From the NCBI GenBank assembly GCA_017515985.1, contig JAFWDV010000018.1, positions 39,091 through 103,090 on the forward strand: DNA of 64,000 nucleotides, given 5' to 3'. The first letter of the stretch is position 1. The number at the start of each line of letters is the position of its first letter. Source of the stretch: Clostridia bacterium (lineage in GTDB: Bacteria > Bacillota > Clostridia > TANB77 > CAG-508). A model generated the notes under the pieces. It saw only the letters and a list, made by a program, of their open reading frames with translations. It had not been told where the DNA came from and made no database searches. The position numbers and the translations under genes were made by a program. Positions 36,347 to 46,012 of the stretch are shown here, one piece after another.

Positions 36347-38206
36347 ATGGGTAAGACGATTGCCGAAATCGAAGAAATTCGAAAATCAAAAAGAGCAGAA
36401 TTAGATTTAAGAGTAAATACTGCTGCAGATACAAGAGAAAAGCATATTTTAATATGCCATGGTACGGGTTGTACATCTTCTAAATCTCCAGCAATAATGG
36501 AAAAATTCATAGAAACTCTTAAAGAAAAAAATATAGATAATGTTAGAGTTGTAAAAACTGGGTGTTTTGGTCTTTGCTCTAAAGGTCCAATAGTTATAAT
36601 CAGACCAGAAGATACATTTTATTCAATGGTAACTGTTGATGATGTGGAAGAAATAGTTAATTCTCACATTGTAAATGGTGAAATTGTGCAAAGATTATTG
36701 TGTAAGGATGTTACAGGAGAAGTTGTAAATAAATTAGATGAGCTTCCTTTTTATAAGAAGCAAATGAGAATTGCACTAAAAAATTGTGGAATTATTGATC
36801 CAGAGAATATTGATGAATACATAGCTTTTGATGGATTTAAGGCTTTGGAAAAAGTATTGACATCAATGTCACAAGATGAAGTTATAGAAGAAATGAGTAA
36901 ATCAGGACTTCGTGGCCGTGGTGGTGCTGGTTTCCCAACAGGTAAGAAGTGGGCTTTCGTTAAGATGGCTCAAGGTGAGCAAAAGTACGTTGTATGTAAT
37001 GCAGATGAGGGAGACCCAGGAGCTTTTATGGATAGAAGTATTCTTGAAGGTGATCCACACTCATTACTAGAGGCAATGGCTATTGCTGCATATTCAGTTG
37101 GAGCAAGTAAAGGTTATATATATGTAAGAGCCGAGTATCCAATAGCTGTACAAAGACTTAAGATTGCAATTGAGCAAGAAAGAGAATATGGAATACTTGG
37201 AGACAATATCTTTGGAACGGGATTTAATTTTGATATAGAAATACGTCTTGGTGCGGGTGCTTTCGTTTGCGGTGAGGAAACAGCTCTTCTTGAATCTGTA
37301 GAAGGAAAGCGTGGTCAACCTAGAACAAAGCCACCATTTCCTGCTAATGTTGGTTTATTCCAAAAACCTACATTAATTAATAACGTTGAAACATATGCAA
37401 ATGTTACAAGAATTATTTTAAATGGAGCAGATTGGTATTCATCAATTGGTACAGAGACATCCAAAGGAACTAAGGTATTTGCTTTAGGTGGAAATGTTAA
37501 TAATGTTGGTTTAGTTGAAGTTCCTATGGGAACAACTTTAAGAGAAATCATTTATGATATAGGTGGAGGAATTCCAAATAATAGAGAATTCAAAGCTGCT
37601 CAAACAGGTGGACCATCTGGTGGATGTATTCCAAAAGAGCATCTAGATACAAAAATTGATTATGAAAGTTTACAAGCGATTGGATCTATGATGGGATCTG
37701 GCGGACTTATAGTTATGGATGATACAAAATGTATGGTTAATATTGCTAGATTTTATTTAGACTTTACTGTAAGTGAAAGCTGCGGAAAGTGTACACCTTG
37801 TAGAATTGGAACTAAACGTTTATTAGAGCTATTACAAAAAATATGTGATGGTAAAGGTGTTCCAGAAGACTTAGAAAAACTTGAAAAATTGGCAAATGAC
37901 GTGAAGAAATCAGCTGTATGCGGACTTGGACAAACAGCTCCAAACCCTGTATTAAGTACTATGAAGTATTTTAAAGATGAGTATAGAGCTCATGTTATTG
38001 ATCATAACTGCGAAGCAAAAGAGTGTAAGGCTATGGCCAAGATTACAATTGACCCAGAAAAATGTAAGGGATGCGATTTATGTAAGAAAGTTTGCCCAGT
38101 TAATGCAATATCTGGTGAGATAAAGGAAGTTCATACAATTGATCAAGAAAAGTGTATTAAGTGTAGAACATGTATGTCTAAATGTCCATTCAAAGCAATT
38201 GGATAA
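36347..38206 (+). CDS. NADH-binding 51-kDa-type flavoprotein subunit (NuoF/HydB-like) with extra Fe-S domains
   Basis: GRGGAGFPTGKKW FMN/NADH motif. C-terminal 2x CxxCxxCxxxCP. Confidence 0.8.
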   Translation: MGKTIAEIEEIRKSKRAELDLRVNTAADTREKHILICHGTGCTSSKSPAIMEKFIETLKEKNIDNVRVVKTGCFGLCSKGPIVIIRPEDTFYSMVTVDDVEEIVNSHIVNGEIVQRLLCKDVTGEVVNKLDELPFYKKQMRIALKNCGIIDPENIDEYIAFDGFKALEKVLTSMSQDEVIEEMSKSGLRGRGGAGFPTGKKWAFVKMAQGEQKYVVCNADEGDPGAFMDRSILEGDPHSLLEAMAIAAYSVGASKGYIYVRAEYPIAVQRLKIAIEQEREYGILGDNIFGTGFNFDIEIRLGAGAFVCGEETALLESVEGKRGQPRTKPPFPANVGLFQKPTLINNVETYANVTRIILNGADWYSSIGTETSKGTKVFALGGNVNNVGLVEVPMGTTLREIIYDIGGGIPNNREFKAAQTGGPSGGCIPKEHLDTKIDYESLQAIGSMMGSGGLIVMDDTKCMVNIARFYLDFTVSESCGKCTPCRIGTKRLLELLQKICDGKGVPEDLEKLEKLANDVKKSAVCGLGQTAPNPVLSTMKYFKDEYRAHVIDHNCEAKECKAMAKITIDPEKCKGCDLCKKVCPVNAISGEIKEVHTIDQEKCIKCRTCMSKCPFKAIG

Positions 38207-38226
38207 TTAGGAAGTGAGGTAAAGTA

Positions 38227-39978
38227 ATGGAAAATAATTCAGTAAGTCTAACAATAGATAACAAAATAATAAGCGTTCCAGAAGGCATAACTATTTTGGA
38301 AGCGGCAAGACTTAATGGTATTGATATCCCAACATTGTGTTTCCTAAAGGAAATTAATGAAATTGGTGATTGTAGAATGTGTATTGTAGAAGTTGAAGGT
38401 CGTAGAGGATTTACAACTTCATGTATTACTAAAGTTGAAGAAGGAATGGTTGTTCATACAAATACTCCTGCTATTATTGAAGCTAGAAGAACAATTTTAG
38501 ATTTGATTATTTCAAATCACCATATGGATTGCTTAACTTGTGTTAGAGATGGTAATTGCGAATTACAAGATTTAGCAAAGAAATTTAACATGACAGAAGT
38601 TATGTTTGAGGGAGAAAAAATTGACTATGAAATAGACGATAAGTCTCCTTCAATAGTTAAAGATTTAAATAAATGTGTACTTTGTAGAAGATGTGTGGGT
38701 GCATGTAAGAAAATGCAAGAAATTGGAGCAATTGATTCAATGAACAGAGGATTTGAATCATGTGTTTCAACAGCAAATGGATTAAGCTTAAATGATGTAG
38801 ATTGTACATTTTGTGGTCAATGTATTGAAGCTTGCCCAGTTGGAGCTCTTCGCGAAAAAGATAGCACAGAAGAAGTATGGGCTAAAATTAGAGATGAAGA
38901 AACATATACTATTGTTCAAACAGCTCCAGCAGTTAGAGCTGCTTTAGGAGAAGAATTTGGTCTTCCAATTGGTACTGAAGTAGAAGGTAAAATGCCAACA
39001 GCATTAAGAGCAATTGGATTTGATAAAGTATTTGATACAGATACAGGTGCTGACTTTACAATTATGGAAGAAGCAAATGAATTAATTGAGCGTATACAAA
39101 ATGGTGGAGTTATGCCAATGATGACATCTTGTTGCCCTGCTTGGATAAGATTTGCAGAGAAAAACTTCCCAGATCAATTAGATCATATATCAAGTTGTAA
39201 ATCACCACATGAAATGTTTGGTGCAATTATAAAATCATATTATGCTCAAAAGTTTAATATTGATCCAGCTAAAATATATGTTGTTTCAGTAATGCCATGT
39301 ACAGCTAAAAAGTATGAAGCTGTTAGACCAGAAATGGAAAATGATGGTTTGAGAAATGTTGACGCTGTTATTACAACAAGAGAACTTGCAAGAATGATTA
39401 AACAAGCTAATATTGATTTTGCTGAAATAGAAGACTCTAAATTTGATGATCCAATGGGTGAATCAACTGGTGCTGCTGTTATATTTGGAGCAACAGGTGG
39501 AGTTATGGAAGCAGCTTTAAGAACTGCAGCTGATGTTCTTGAAGGAAAAGATTTAGGTGAAGTTAATTATGAAGCAGTTCGTGGTCAAGAAGGAATTAAA
39601 AGAGCTACAGTTAATATCGCAGGAAAAGATATTAGAGTAGTTGTTGCTTCTGGATTAAAGAATGCAAGAAAGATTATGAATGAAATTAAAGAAGGAAAAG
39701 CTGATTATGAATTCGTTGAAATAATGGCTTGTCCAGGTGGATGTATTAATGGTGGAGGACAACCAATTAAATCATCTAAAATAAGGAGTAAAGTTGATGT
39801 GAGAAAATTAAGAGCAGATAGTCTATACTCAATAGATGAAAAATCTACAATTAGAAAATCACATCAAAACCAAGTTGTAAAAGGAATTTATGATGAATTT
39901 TTTGGAAAACCAGGAGAAGAAAAAGCTCACAAATATTTACATACACACTACAAGAGGCAAGAGAAATATGAAATGTAA
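38227..39978 (+). CDS. hydA: [FeFe]-hydrogenase catalytic subunit (HydA-like, multidomain)
   Basis: H-cluster motifs TSCCPAW, MPCTAKK and EIMACPGGCINGGGQP. N-terminal 2Fe-2S and 4Fe-4S domains. Confidence 0.85.
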   Translation: MENNSVSLTIDNKIISVPEGITILEAARLNGIDIPTLCFLKEINEIGDCRMCIVEVEGRRGFTTSCITKVEEGMVVHTNTPAIIEARRTILDLIISNHHMDCLTCVRDGNCELQDLAKKFNMTEVMFEGEKIDYEIDDKSPSIVKDLNKCVLCRRCVGACKKMQEIGAIDSMNRGFESCVSTANGLSLNDVDCTFCGQCIEACPVGALREKDSTEEVWAKIRDEETYTIVQTAPAVRAALGEEFGLPIGTEVEGKMPTALRAIGFDKVFDTDTGADFTIMEEANELIERIQNGGVMPMMTSCCPAWIRFAEKNFPDQLDHISSCKSPHEMFGAIIKSYYAQKFNIDPAKIYVVSVMPCTAKKYEAVRPEMENDGLRNVDAVITTRELARMIKQANIDFAEIEDSKFDDPMGESTGAAVIFGATGGVMEAALRTAADVLEGKDLGEVNYEAVRGQEGIKRATVNIAGKDIRVVVASGLKNARKIMNEIKEGKADYEFVEIMACPGGCINGGGQPIKSSKIRSKVDVRKLRADSLYSIDEKSTIRKSHQNQVVKGIYDEFFGKPGEEKAHKYLHTHYKRQEKYEM

Positions 39979-40084
39979 ATTGAAAATTTGTTAAAAATAT
40001 GGTATAATTAATTAATCGCAAATATATGCGATGACCCTGGATTTTCTGGGGTGTAAAAAATGTGCCAAGGGAGGTGTTTTCACA

Positions 40085-40276
40085 ATGGCACGAAACAACA
40101 AGGCGCGGTCTAAAGCGCCGAGAAAAGGGATATTTAGCTCTTTCTTTGAAAAAATAAGACGAGCCAAATACCAGAAGAAGGCTCAGAAAGCTGCTCAAAA
40201 GGCTGCTCGCAAGGCCAGAAAGGCCAAAATTAGGCAGATAAAGCAGAAAGCAAATCTGAGACCTAAACGGTTCTAA
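40085..40276 (+). CDS. GC-rich, extremely basic small protein (63 aa, Lys/Arg/Ala-rich; N-terminus MARNNKARSKAPRKG)
   Basis: RBS AAGGGAGG 8 nt before the ATG. Promoter TTGAAA-17-TATAAT with the palindrome ATCGCAAATATATGCGAT after the -10. Own terminator. Confidence 0.55.
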   Translation: MARNNKARSKAPRKGIFSSFFEKIRRAKYQKKAQKAAQKAARKARKAKIRQIKQKANLRPKRF

Positions 40277-40282
40277 GCAAAG

Positions 40283-40314
40283 TTCGGGGGGCATTATACC
40301 TCCCGAATTTTTTT
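40283..40314 (+). terminator. Intrinsic terminator
   Basis: Stem TTCGGGGGG...CCTCCCGAA followed by T7. Confidence 0.55.
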
Positions 40315-40432
40315 GTAAAGGTTTACAATAATTTAGAAATATGTTATAATTAACTAATCTTGCAGATGCAGGATTTCCTGGATGGAGGGTCCACCAGGTA
40401 AAGCTTTAGTCAGTGCGAAAGGAGATGTTACT

Positions 40433-41059
40433 ATGGCACTGAGAAACAGAAAGGGGCAGGCTAATGCTCCGGAGGTCATCGTGTGTGACCAGAACGGCAA
40501 TCCGATGAATGGAAGAGAGCGGAAAAGAGTAAGCGAAATCGCCGAAAGTCTGCTTTTTGCATTGTTCAGAGCGGGGTCGTTCGCAAAGAGGCGGATTCAT
40601 CAGTGGTGGGAAGACTTGGCAAATCCCGCAAAGCTGAGGAAGACCGAAGAACAGTTGCAGAGAGAAGCGCTGATGCAGGCTAGATCGGAGATTTTCCTCT
40701 CGATTATTGGCGGTATTGCGATTGTGCTTTTCATCAAGAAGCTTCCTATTCTGATTGCAATTATGGGCATTTTAGAGCTGCTTTGTGTGCTTGTACACGC
40801 AGCAGTTGTCCGTGATGCAATTGCTAGAGGCGAAAACCTCAACAATGCAGAAAAGGAAATCTCTAAGGCAACTGCAAACCTCATGAGGGCATTCGTAATC
40901 AGCGTAGTGCTGGCAACGGTTTTTGCTGTCTGGATTCACAAGAATCCTGACATGGTAGCAGACATTCCGATGCTTAGCAAGTTTGCTGATTGGCAGATTG
41001 GCATTGTGAATGAGCTGTTTGAGAAAATCAGCAGTATTATCACGAAGGCCAAAAGCTAA
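40433..41059 (+). CDS. GC-rich polytopic membrane protein (208 aa) with an N-terminus paralogous to the preceding small protein (MALRNRKGQANAPEV)
   Basis: RBS AAAGGAGA 8 nt before the ATG. Promoter TTTACA-17-TATAAT plus the palindrome ATCTTGCAGATGCAGGAT. 3-4 hydrophobic helices. Terminator after the stop. Confidence 0.55.
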   Translation: MALRNRKGQANAPEVIVCDQNGNPMNGRERKRVSEIAESLLFALFRAGSFAKRRIHQWWEDLANPAKLRKTEEQLQREALMQARSEIFLSIIGGIAIVLFIKKLPILIAIMGILELLCVLVHAAVVRDAIARGENLNNAEKEISKATANLMRAFVISVVLATVFAVWIHKNPDMVADIPMLSKFADWQIGIVNELFEKISSIITKAKS

Positions 41060-41189
41060 CCGAATGAACTTGATGGGAAAAAGTCGGGGGACGCAAGTCC
41101 CTCGCTTTTTTTGTCGAATATACATGATAAAATCATTGACCAAATACCTTAATTTTGATACTATAACAAAAGCAAAAGGAGGTGAGAGC

Positions 41190-43436
41190 ATGATAGCAGA
41201 AATAATTATGAATAGTTCAGTTAGAAACTTGGACAGGACATTTGATTATAGTATTCCATTTGAGATGGAAGATAAGATTCATATTGGAAGCAGAGTTTTA
41301 GTTAAATTTGGAAATATAAAAGAATTAAAAGAAGGCTTTGTTGTTAATATAAAAGATAAATCTGATTTTGAAGTTAAAGATATTTCCAAAGTAGAAGAAA
41401 AAGATTTTATTGATGAAGCAAAAGTAAATCTTGCTAAATGGATGTCGAAACGCTATTTTTGCAATGTTTCAGATTGTATAAAGCTTATGCTCCCACCGGG
41501 GACGGGTACAAATAATATAGAAAATAGAGCTAAAGAAAAAACTGCACGATTTATACGTTTAGCGAAGTCTATTGACGAAATTGAATTTGATATTGAAAAT
41601 AAAAAAATAAAATCTGAAAAGCATATAAGGGCTCTTCGTATGCTTGACAAAATAAGCGATATTCCATCAAAGGAATTTGAAGAGCTTGCTGAGGTTACAT
41701 CTGCAATATTAAAAACGTTGGAGAAAAATGGCTACATAGAATTTTATGAGAATGCAGTTGAAAGAAATCCTTTTTTACACAAGGTGATAGCCTCGACAAA
41801 TAATCTAGAGCTAAATGAAGAGCAGCAAGCCGCATATACAGCAGTTGAAACTGCTTTAGATGATATGATGAATTCAGAATTTTTGTTATTTGGCGTAACT
41901 GGATCTGGAAAAACAGAAGTATATTTACAGCTGATAGAAAAAGTATTAAACATGGGAAAAACAAGTGTAATGCTTGTACCTGAAATTTCTTTAACGCCTC
42001 AAACTGTTGATAGATTCATTAGCAGATTTGGCCAAGAAAAAATTGCTGTTTTACACAGTAAATTATCTGTTGGCGAAAGGTATGATCAGTGGTATAAAAT
42101 AAAAAATGGTGAAGCTAAAATTGTGATAGGTGCAAGGTCTGCTATGTTTGCTCCGATAAATGATTTGGGAATTGTGATAATCGATGAGGAACATGATAGT
42201 TCATATAAGTCTGAAACTACGCCTAGATACAACGTTAAAGACGTGGCTAGATATTTAGCAAAAGAATATAGTGTGCCTATCGTTTTTGGAAGCGCGACAC
42301 CAAGTATGGATACATATTATAAAGCTCAAAATGGAGATATTGAACTATTGGAGCTATCTAAAAGGGCTAATGACGCGAGCCTTCCAGATATTAATATTGT
42401 AGATATGAGGGCAGAGCTTGCAAACGGAAATAGAACATCGATAAGCATGAGCCTTTATAACAAAATTAAACAAAATATACATGATAAAAAACAAACAATT
42501 CTATTTTTAAATAGAAGAGGCTATTCTACATTTATAATGTGCAGAGATTGTGGATATGTAGCTAAGTGCAGACACTGTAATATTGCATTAACATACCACA
42601 GCAGGGAAAACAAATTGAGATGTCATTATTGTGGTTATGAAACAGCACCATTTAATAGGTGTCCTGAATGCGATAGTATAAATATAAAGTATTCTGGAAG
42701 CGGTACTCAAAAGCTTGAAGAAGAAATAAATAAAATTTTTCCAATGGCGAAAACAATTAGAATGGACGTTGATACGGTAAGTAAAAAGAATTCTCATGAA
42801 GACATTATTAATAAATTTAAAAATGAGAACATTGACATTTTAATTGGAACCCAAATGGTTGTGAAAGGACATCATTTTCCTAATGTAACACTTGTTGGTG
42901 TAATATTTGCTGATGGTAGCTTGAATATTGATGATTATAGAGCAAATGAAAGAACTTTTCAAATATTAACGCAGGTTGCAGGTAGAGCTGGAAGAGAAAA
43001 AGATAAGGGAAGTGTTATTATTCAAACTTATAATCCTGATAACCTTGCGATAGAGTATTCAAAAGAGCAAAATTATAAAGTGTTTTATGATACGGAGATT
43101 AAGATAAGGAAACAATTGAAATATCCTCCTTTCTGTGATATAATACTAATCGGATTTAATTCGGAAAATGAGAATCATGTCATAGATTCAGCAAAATTTG
43201 TTTATAAAGCTTTGAGAGATAAGATAATAAATGAAAAATTACAAATAATTCTTTATAAGCCGGTACCTGCTCCCGTAGACAGAATTAAGAATAAGTTTAG
43301 ATGGAGGGTTATCGTTAAGTGTAAGTTTGATGATAAGATAATAGATGCTTTGAAATCAGTTACAGAATGTTATAATGAGCAAGGCGTAAAGGATGTAAAG
43401 ATATCTATCGATGTGAATCCTACAAATATGATGTAA
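41190..43436 (+). CDS. priA: Primosomal protein N' (replication restart helicase PriA)
   Basis: Walker A GVTGSGKT. DEEH. Cys4 zinc ribbons CRDCG...CRHC and CHYCG...CPEC. Start at MIAEII, after AAAGGAGG. Confidence 0.85.
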   Translation: MIAEIIMNSSVRNLDRTFDYSIPFEMEDKIHIGSRVLVKFGNIKELKEGFVVNIKDKSDFEVKDISKVEEKDFIDEAKVNLAKWMSKRYFCNVSDCIKLMLPPGTGTNNIENRAKEKTARFIRLAKSIDEIEFDIENKKIKSEKHIRALRMLDKISDIPSKEFEELAEVTSAILKTLEKNGYIEFYENAVERNPFLHKVIASTNNLELNEEQQAAYTAVETALDDMMNSEFLLFGVTGSGKTEVYLQLIEKVLNMGKTSVMLVPEISLTPQTVDRFISRFGQEKIAVLHSKLSVGERYDQWYKIKNGEAKIVIGARSAMFAPINDLGIVIIDEEHDSSYKSETTPRYNVKDVARYLAKEYSVPIVFGSATPSMDTYYKAQNGDIELLELSKRANDASLPDINIVDMRAELANGNRTSISMSLYNKIKQNIHDKKQTILFLNRRGYSTFIMCRDCGYVAKCRHCNIALTYHSRENKLRCHYCGYETAPFNRCPECDSINIKYSGSGTQKLEEEINKIFPMAKTIRMDVDTVSKKNSHEDIINKFKNENIDILIGTQMVVKGHHFPNVTLVGVIFADGSLNIDDYRANERTFQILTQVAGRAGREKDKGSVIIQTYNPDNLAIEYSKEQNYKVFYDTEIKIRKQLKYPPFCDIILIGFNSENENHVIDSAKFVYKALRDKIINEKLQIILYKPVPAPVDRIKNKFRWRVIVKCKFDDKIIDALKSVTECYNEQGVKDVKISIDVNPTNMM

Positions 43437-43466
43437 AATATTAGATATAATTTATAGGGGGAAAAG

Positions 43467-43943
43467 ATGGCAATTAGAAATGTACGATTAGAAACAGATG
43501 AAATATTGCGAAAGAAATCAAGAGCTGTTGAAGTTGTAGATGATAAGTTAAGAGAGCTTATTGATGATATGATTGAAACAATGCATAAGTATGATGGTGT
43601 TGGCTTAGCTGCACCTCAGGTTGGTGTTTTAAAAAGGGTTGTTGTTATCGATTTATACGATGACCATGGACCATATGTTTTAATTAATCCTGAAATAATT
43701 AAGGAAAAGGGAGAGCAAGAAGTTGATGAGGGATGTTTAAGCTTTCCTAATAAATTTGCTAAGGTTATTAGACCTGAAGAAGTAACTGTTATAGCTCTCG
43801 ATAGAGATGGAAAAGAATTTAAATTAAAAGGCAAAGGATTACTTGCACAGGCTATAGCACACGAGGTTGATCATTTAAATGGAGTATTATTTGTTGACCT
43901 TATGATACCTGGAACTTTAGAAGTAATTACACCAGAAAAATAA
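43467..43943 (+). CDS. def: Peptide deformylase
   Basis: GVGLAAPQ, EGCLS and HEVDH motifs. Confidence 0.9.
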   Translation: MAIRNVRLETDEILRKKSRAVEVVDDKLRELIDDMIETMHKYDGVGLAAPQVGVLKRVVVIDLYDDHGPYVLINPEIIKEKGEQEVDEGCLSFPNKFAKVIRPEEVTVIALDRDGKEFKLKGKGLLAQAIAHEVDHLNGVLFVDLMIPGTLEVITPEK

Positions 43944-43993
43944 TTGGTTGTGTATTTTGTAAGCCAAAACAACGTTAACAAGGAGTGGTTGAG

Positions 43994-44977
43994 ATGAAGA
44001 TTTTATTCATGGGAACACCTGATTTTGCTCAGGAATCATTAAAATGCATATACGAAGCGGGGCATGAAATAATTGCGGTTGTAACTAACCCTGATAAGCC
44101 AAAAGGAAGAGGTATGAAGATGATTGCTTCTCCTGTAAAAGAATTTGCATTGGAAAAAAACATTAAAGTGTATCAACCTGAAAAGGTTAAGAAAAATGAA
44201 GAATTTATAAATGAGATTAAGAATCTTAACCCTGAGCTAATATGCGTTGTGGCATATGGTAAGATACTTCCAAAAGAAATACTAGATATTCCTAAATATG
44301 GATGTGTTAATGTTCATGGTTCATTACTCCCAAAATATAGAGGAGCAGCTCCTATTCAATGGGCAGTTTTAAATGGAGACAAAGTCACAGGTGTTACTAC
44401 AATGTACATGGCTGAAGGAATGGATACTGGAGATATGATTCTTAAACGTGAAGTTGAGATAGGTGAAGATGAAACTACTGGTGAACTTTGGGATAGACTT
44501 TCAAAAATTGGTGGTGAGCTATTGGTTGAAACTGTAAGACAGATAGAAGCGGGTACTGCACCAAGAATAAAACAAGGTGATGATTTTTCAATGGCTCCAA
44601 TGCTAAATAAGGAAATGGCAAAGATTGATTGGGAAAACAAATCTGCTGCAGAGATAAAAAATCTAGTAAGAGGTTTAAATCCAATTATGGGAGCCTATGC
44701 TTTATATGAAGGAAAGAAAATCAAATTTTGGAAAGTTGAAACATATTCTGATAATGAGATAATAGAAATGTTTCCAGATTTAAAGGAATATGAAGATAGA
44801 TTTAAAGATTTACCAGAAGGAACAATTTTATTTTCTGATAGTAAAACAGGATTATATATTAAAGCAAAAGATGGAAATATAAAGGTTTTGGAAATACAAG
44901 GTGAAAATGCTAAAAGAATGTCTGCAGAAGATTTCCTAAGAGGAACTTTCTTATGTGCAGGAATGTATTTTGAATAA
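43994..44977 (+). CDS. fmt: Methionyl-tRNA formyltransferase
   Basis: MKILFMGTPDFA...NVHGSLLPKYRGAAPIQ. Confidence 0.9.
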   Translation: MKILFMGTPDFAQESLKCIYEAGHEIIAVVTNPDKPKGRGMKMIASPVKEFALEKNIKVYQPEKVKKNEEFINEIKNLNPELICVVAYGKILPKEILDIPKYGCVNVHGSLLPKYRGAAPIQWAVLNGDKVTGVTTMYMAEGMDTGDMILKREVEIGEDETTGELWDRLSKIGGELLVETVRQIEAGTAPRIKQGDDFSMAPMLNKEMAKIDWENKSAAEIKNLVRGLNPIMGAYALYEGKKIKFWKVETYSDNEIIEMFPDLKEYEDRFKDLPEGTILFSDSKTGLYIKAKDGNIKVLEIQGENAKRMSAEDFLRGTFLCAGMYFE

Positions 44978-45023
44978 AATTTGGGGACGGACTCAATAAA
45001 AAAAGAGTTTGTCCATTTTTTTT
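44978..45023. repeat. Palindromic GGGACGG intergenic repeat, degenerate copy 4
   Basis: TTGGGGACGGACTCAATAAAAAAAGAGTTTGTCCATTTTTTTT. Confidence 0.5.
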
Positions 45024-45113
45024 GTTGCGGAAGATTTGTAAATGTGATAGAATTTCGAAAATCTTGTGTAGCATAATTCATTGATGTAATACAAAAATGA
45101 AGGAGGAATCTAT

Positions 45114-45833
45114 ATGAAAATATTACTTCCAAAGAGCGATATGATTTTAGAGGAGGGGGTATCGGAAATCAAAGACGGAAAGCTGTATCTGTATAAGAGC
45201 GGTGTTTTCAAGGAGACGATGTATAAACTTTCGTATATGATTTTCGGTGATGATGAATGCTATTACTGTCATCGGAAATTAAGGAAGGAACCATCCCAGA
45301 CCGAAAGAAAAAAATTTTTTTCACAGATTTCAATGGATCACGTTATTCCACAAGATTTTGGAGGACCAACAATTACTGATAATTTGCGACCGGCGTGCAC
45401 AGATTGCAATTCTGCAAAGGGCAACATGTTTGAAGATGAATTTCGTGAGTATCGAAAGATTCGTCAAAGAACAGCAAGTAAAGGAAAACAAGGAAGAGCT
45501 GAAAGACGTTTATTCAAAGAAAAAATCTTGCTAACCCAAGAGCTGCGGCGGTATGGGAATATTGCAAGCTTGCCAGCTGAATGGATTACGGAGGAGGAAA
45601 TCAAAAATGTATATGTAAATTTTTGGTTGACTCAGCCAAAGGGAAGTGCATATCAGTTGATGTTTGAATCTGTAAAAAAATATAACTACTTGATGGAGGT
45701 TGCAACTATAACAGGAAACGGTTTTCTGGTGGATGGATTTAATGCAGTTTTGATTTCTAAATACTACGAGGTTCCAATAAGAGCAATTATTTCGGAAAAT
45801 GTAATTTATTCAGGATTCCCAAATGAGCTATAG
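45114..45833 (+). CDS. HNH-endonuclease-domain protein (239 aa) with an uncharacterised C-terminal half; moderately GC-richer than the flanks
   Basis: CYYCHRKL...MDHVIPQDFGGPTITDNLRPACTDCNSAKGN is the CxxC...H...H...CxxC...N HNH signature. RBS AAGGAGGA. Confidence 0.7.
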   Translation: MKILLPKSDMILEEGVSEIKDGKLYLYKSGVFKETMYKLSYMIFGDDECYYCHRKLRKEPSQTERKKFFSQISMDHVIPQDFGGPTITDNLRPACTDCNSAKGNMFEDEFREYRKIRQRTASKGKQGRAERRLFKEKILLTQELRRYGNIASLPAEWITEEEIKNVYVNFWLTQPKGSAYQLMFESVKKYNYLMEVATITGNGFLVDGFNAVLISKYYEVPIRAIISENVIYSGFPNEL

Positions 45834-45890
45834 CTCAAGAGATGTATGAAAGGGAGGCATGATTTTTAAGTCGTGTCTCTCTTTTTTGCG

Positions 45891-45920
45891 AAAATTTTTT
45901 CCTCCGTCCCCAAAATTTCT
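45891..45920. repeat. GGGACGG repeat, half copy 5
   Basis: AAAATTTTTTCCTCCGTCCCCAAAATTTC. Confidence 0.5.
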
Positions 45921-45930
45921 AAAATAAGTA

Positions 45931-45959
45931 TTGACATTCCTATTTTTTGGATATAATAT
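45931..45959 (+). promoter_or_regulatory. Sigma-A promoter of the hrcA-dnaK operon (TTGACA ... TATAAT/TAATAT)
   Basis: TTGACATTCCTATTTTTTGGATATAATAT immediately upstream of CIRCE. Confidence 0.55.
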
Positions 45960-45968
45960 ATACACAGT

Positions 45969-45995
45969 TTAGCACTCAAAGAGAAAGACTGCTAA
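45969..45995 (+). promoter_or_regulatory. CIRCE operator (HrcA binding site)
   Basis: TTAGCACTC-N9-GACTGCTAA, one mismatch from the consensus TTAGCACTC-N9-GAGTGCTAA. Confidence 0.75.
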
Positions 45996-46012
45996 AAAAG
46001 AAGGTGAAAAAG

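Noticed and set aside
41010-41189. Long N-terminal extension of priA in the track ORF (starting at 41010).
   Set aside because: It overlaps the 3' end and terminator of the preceding membrane-protein gene. The canonical PriA N-terminus MIAEII follows the strong RBS AAAGGAGG at 41190.
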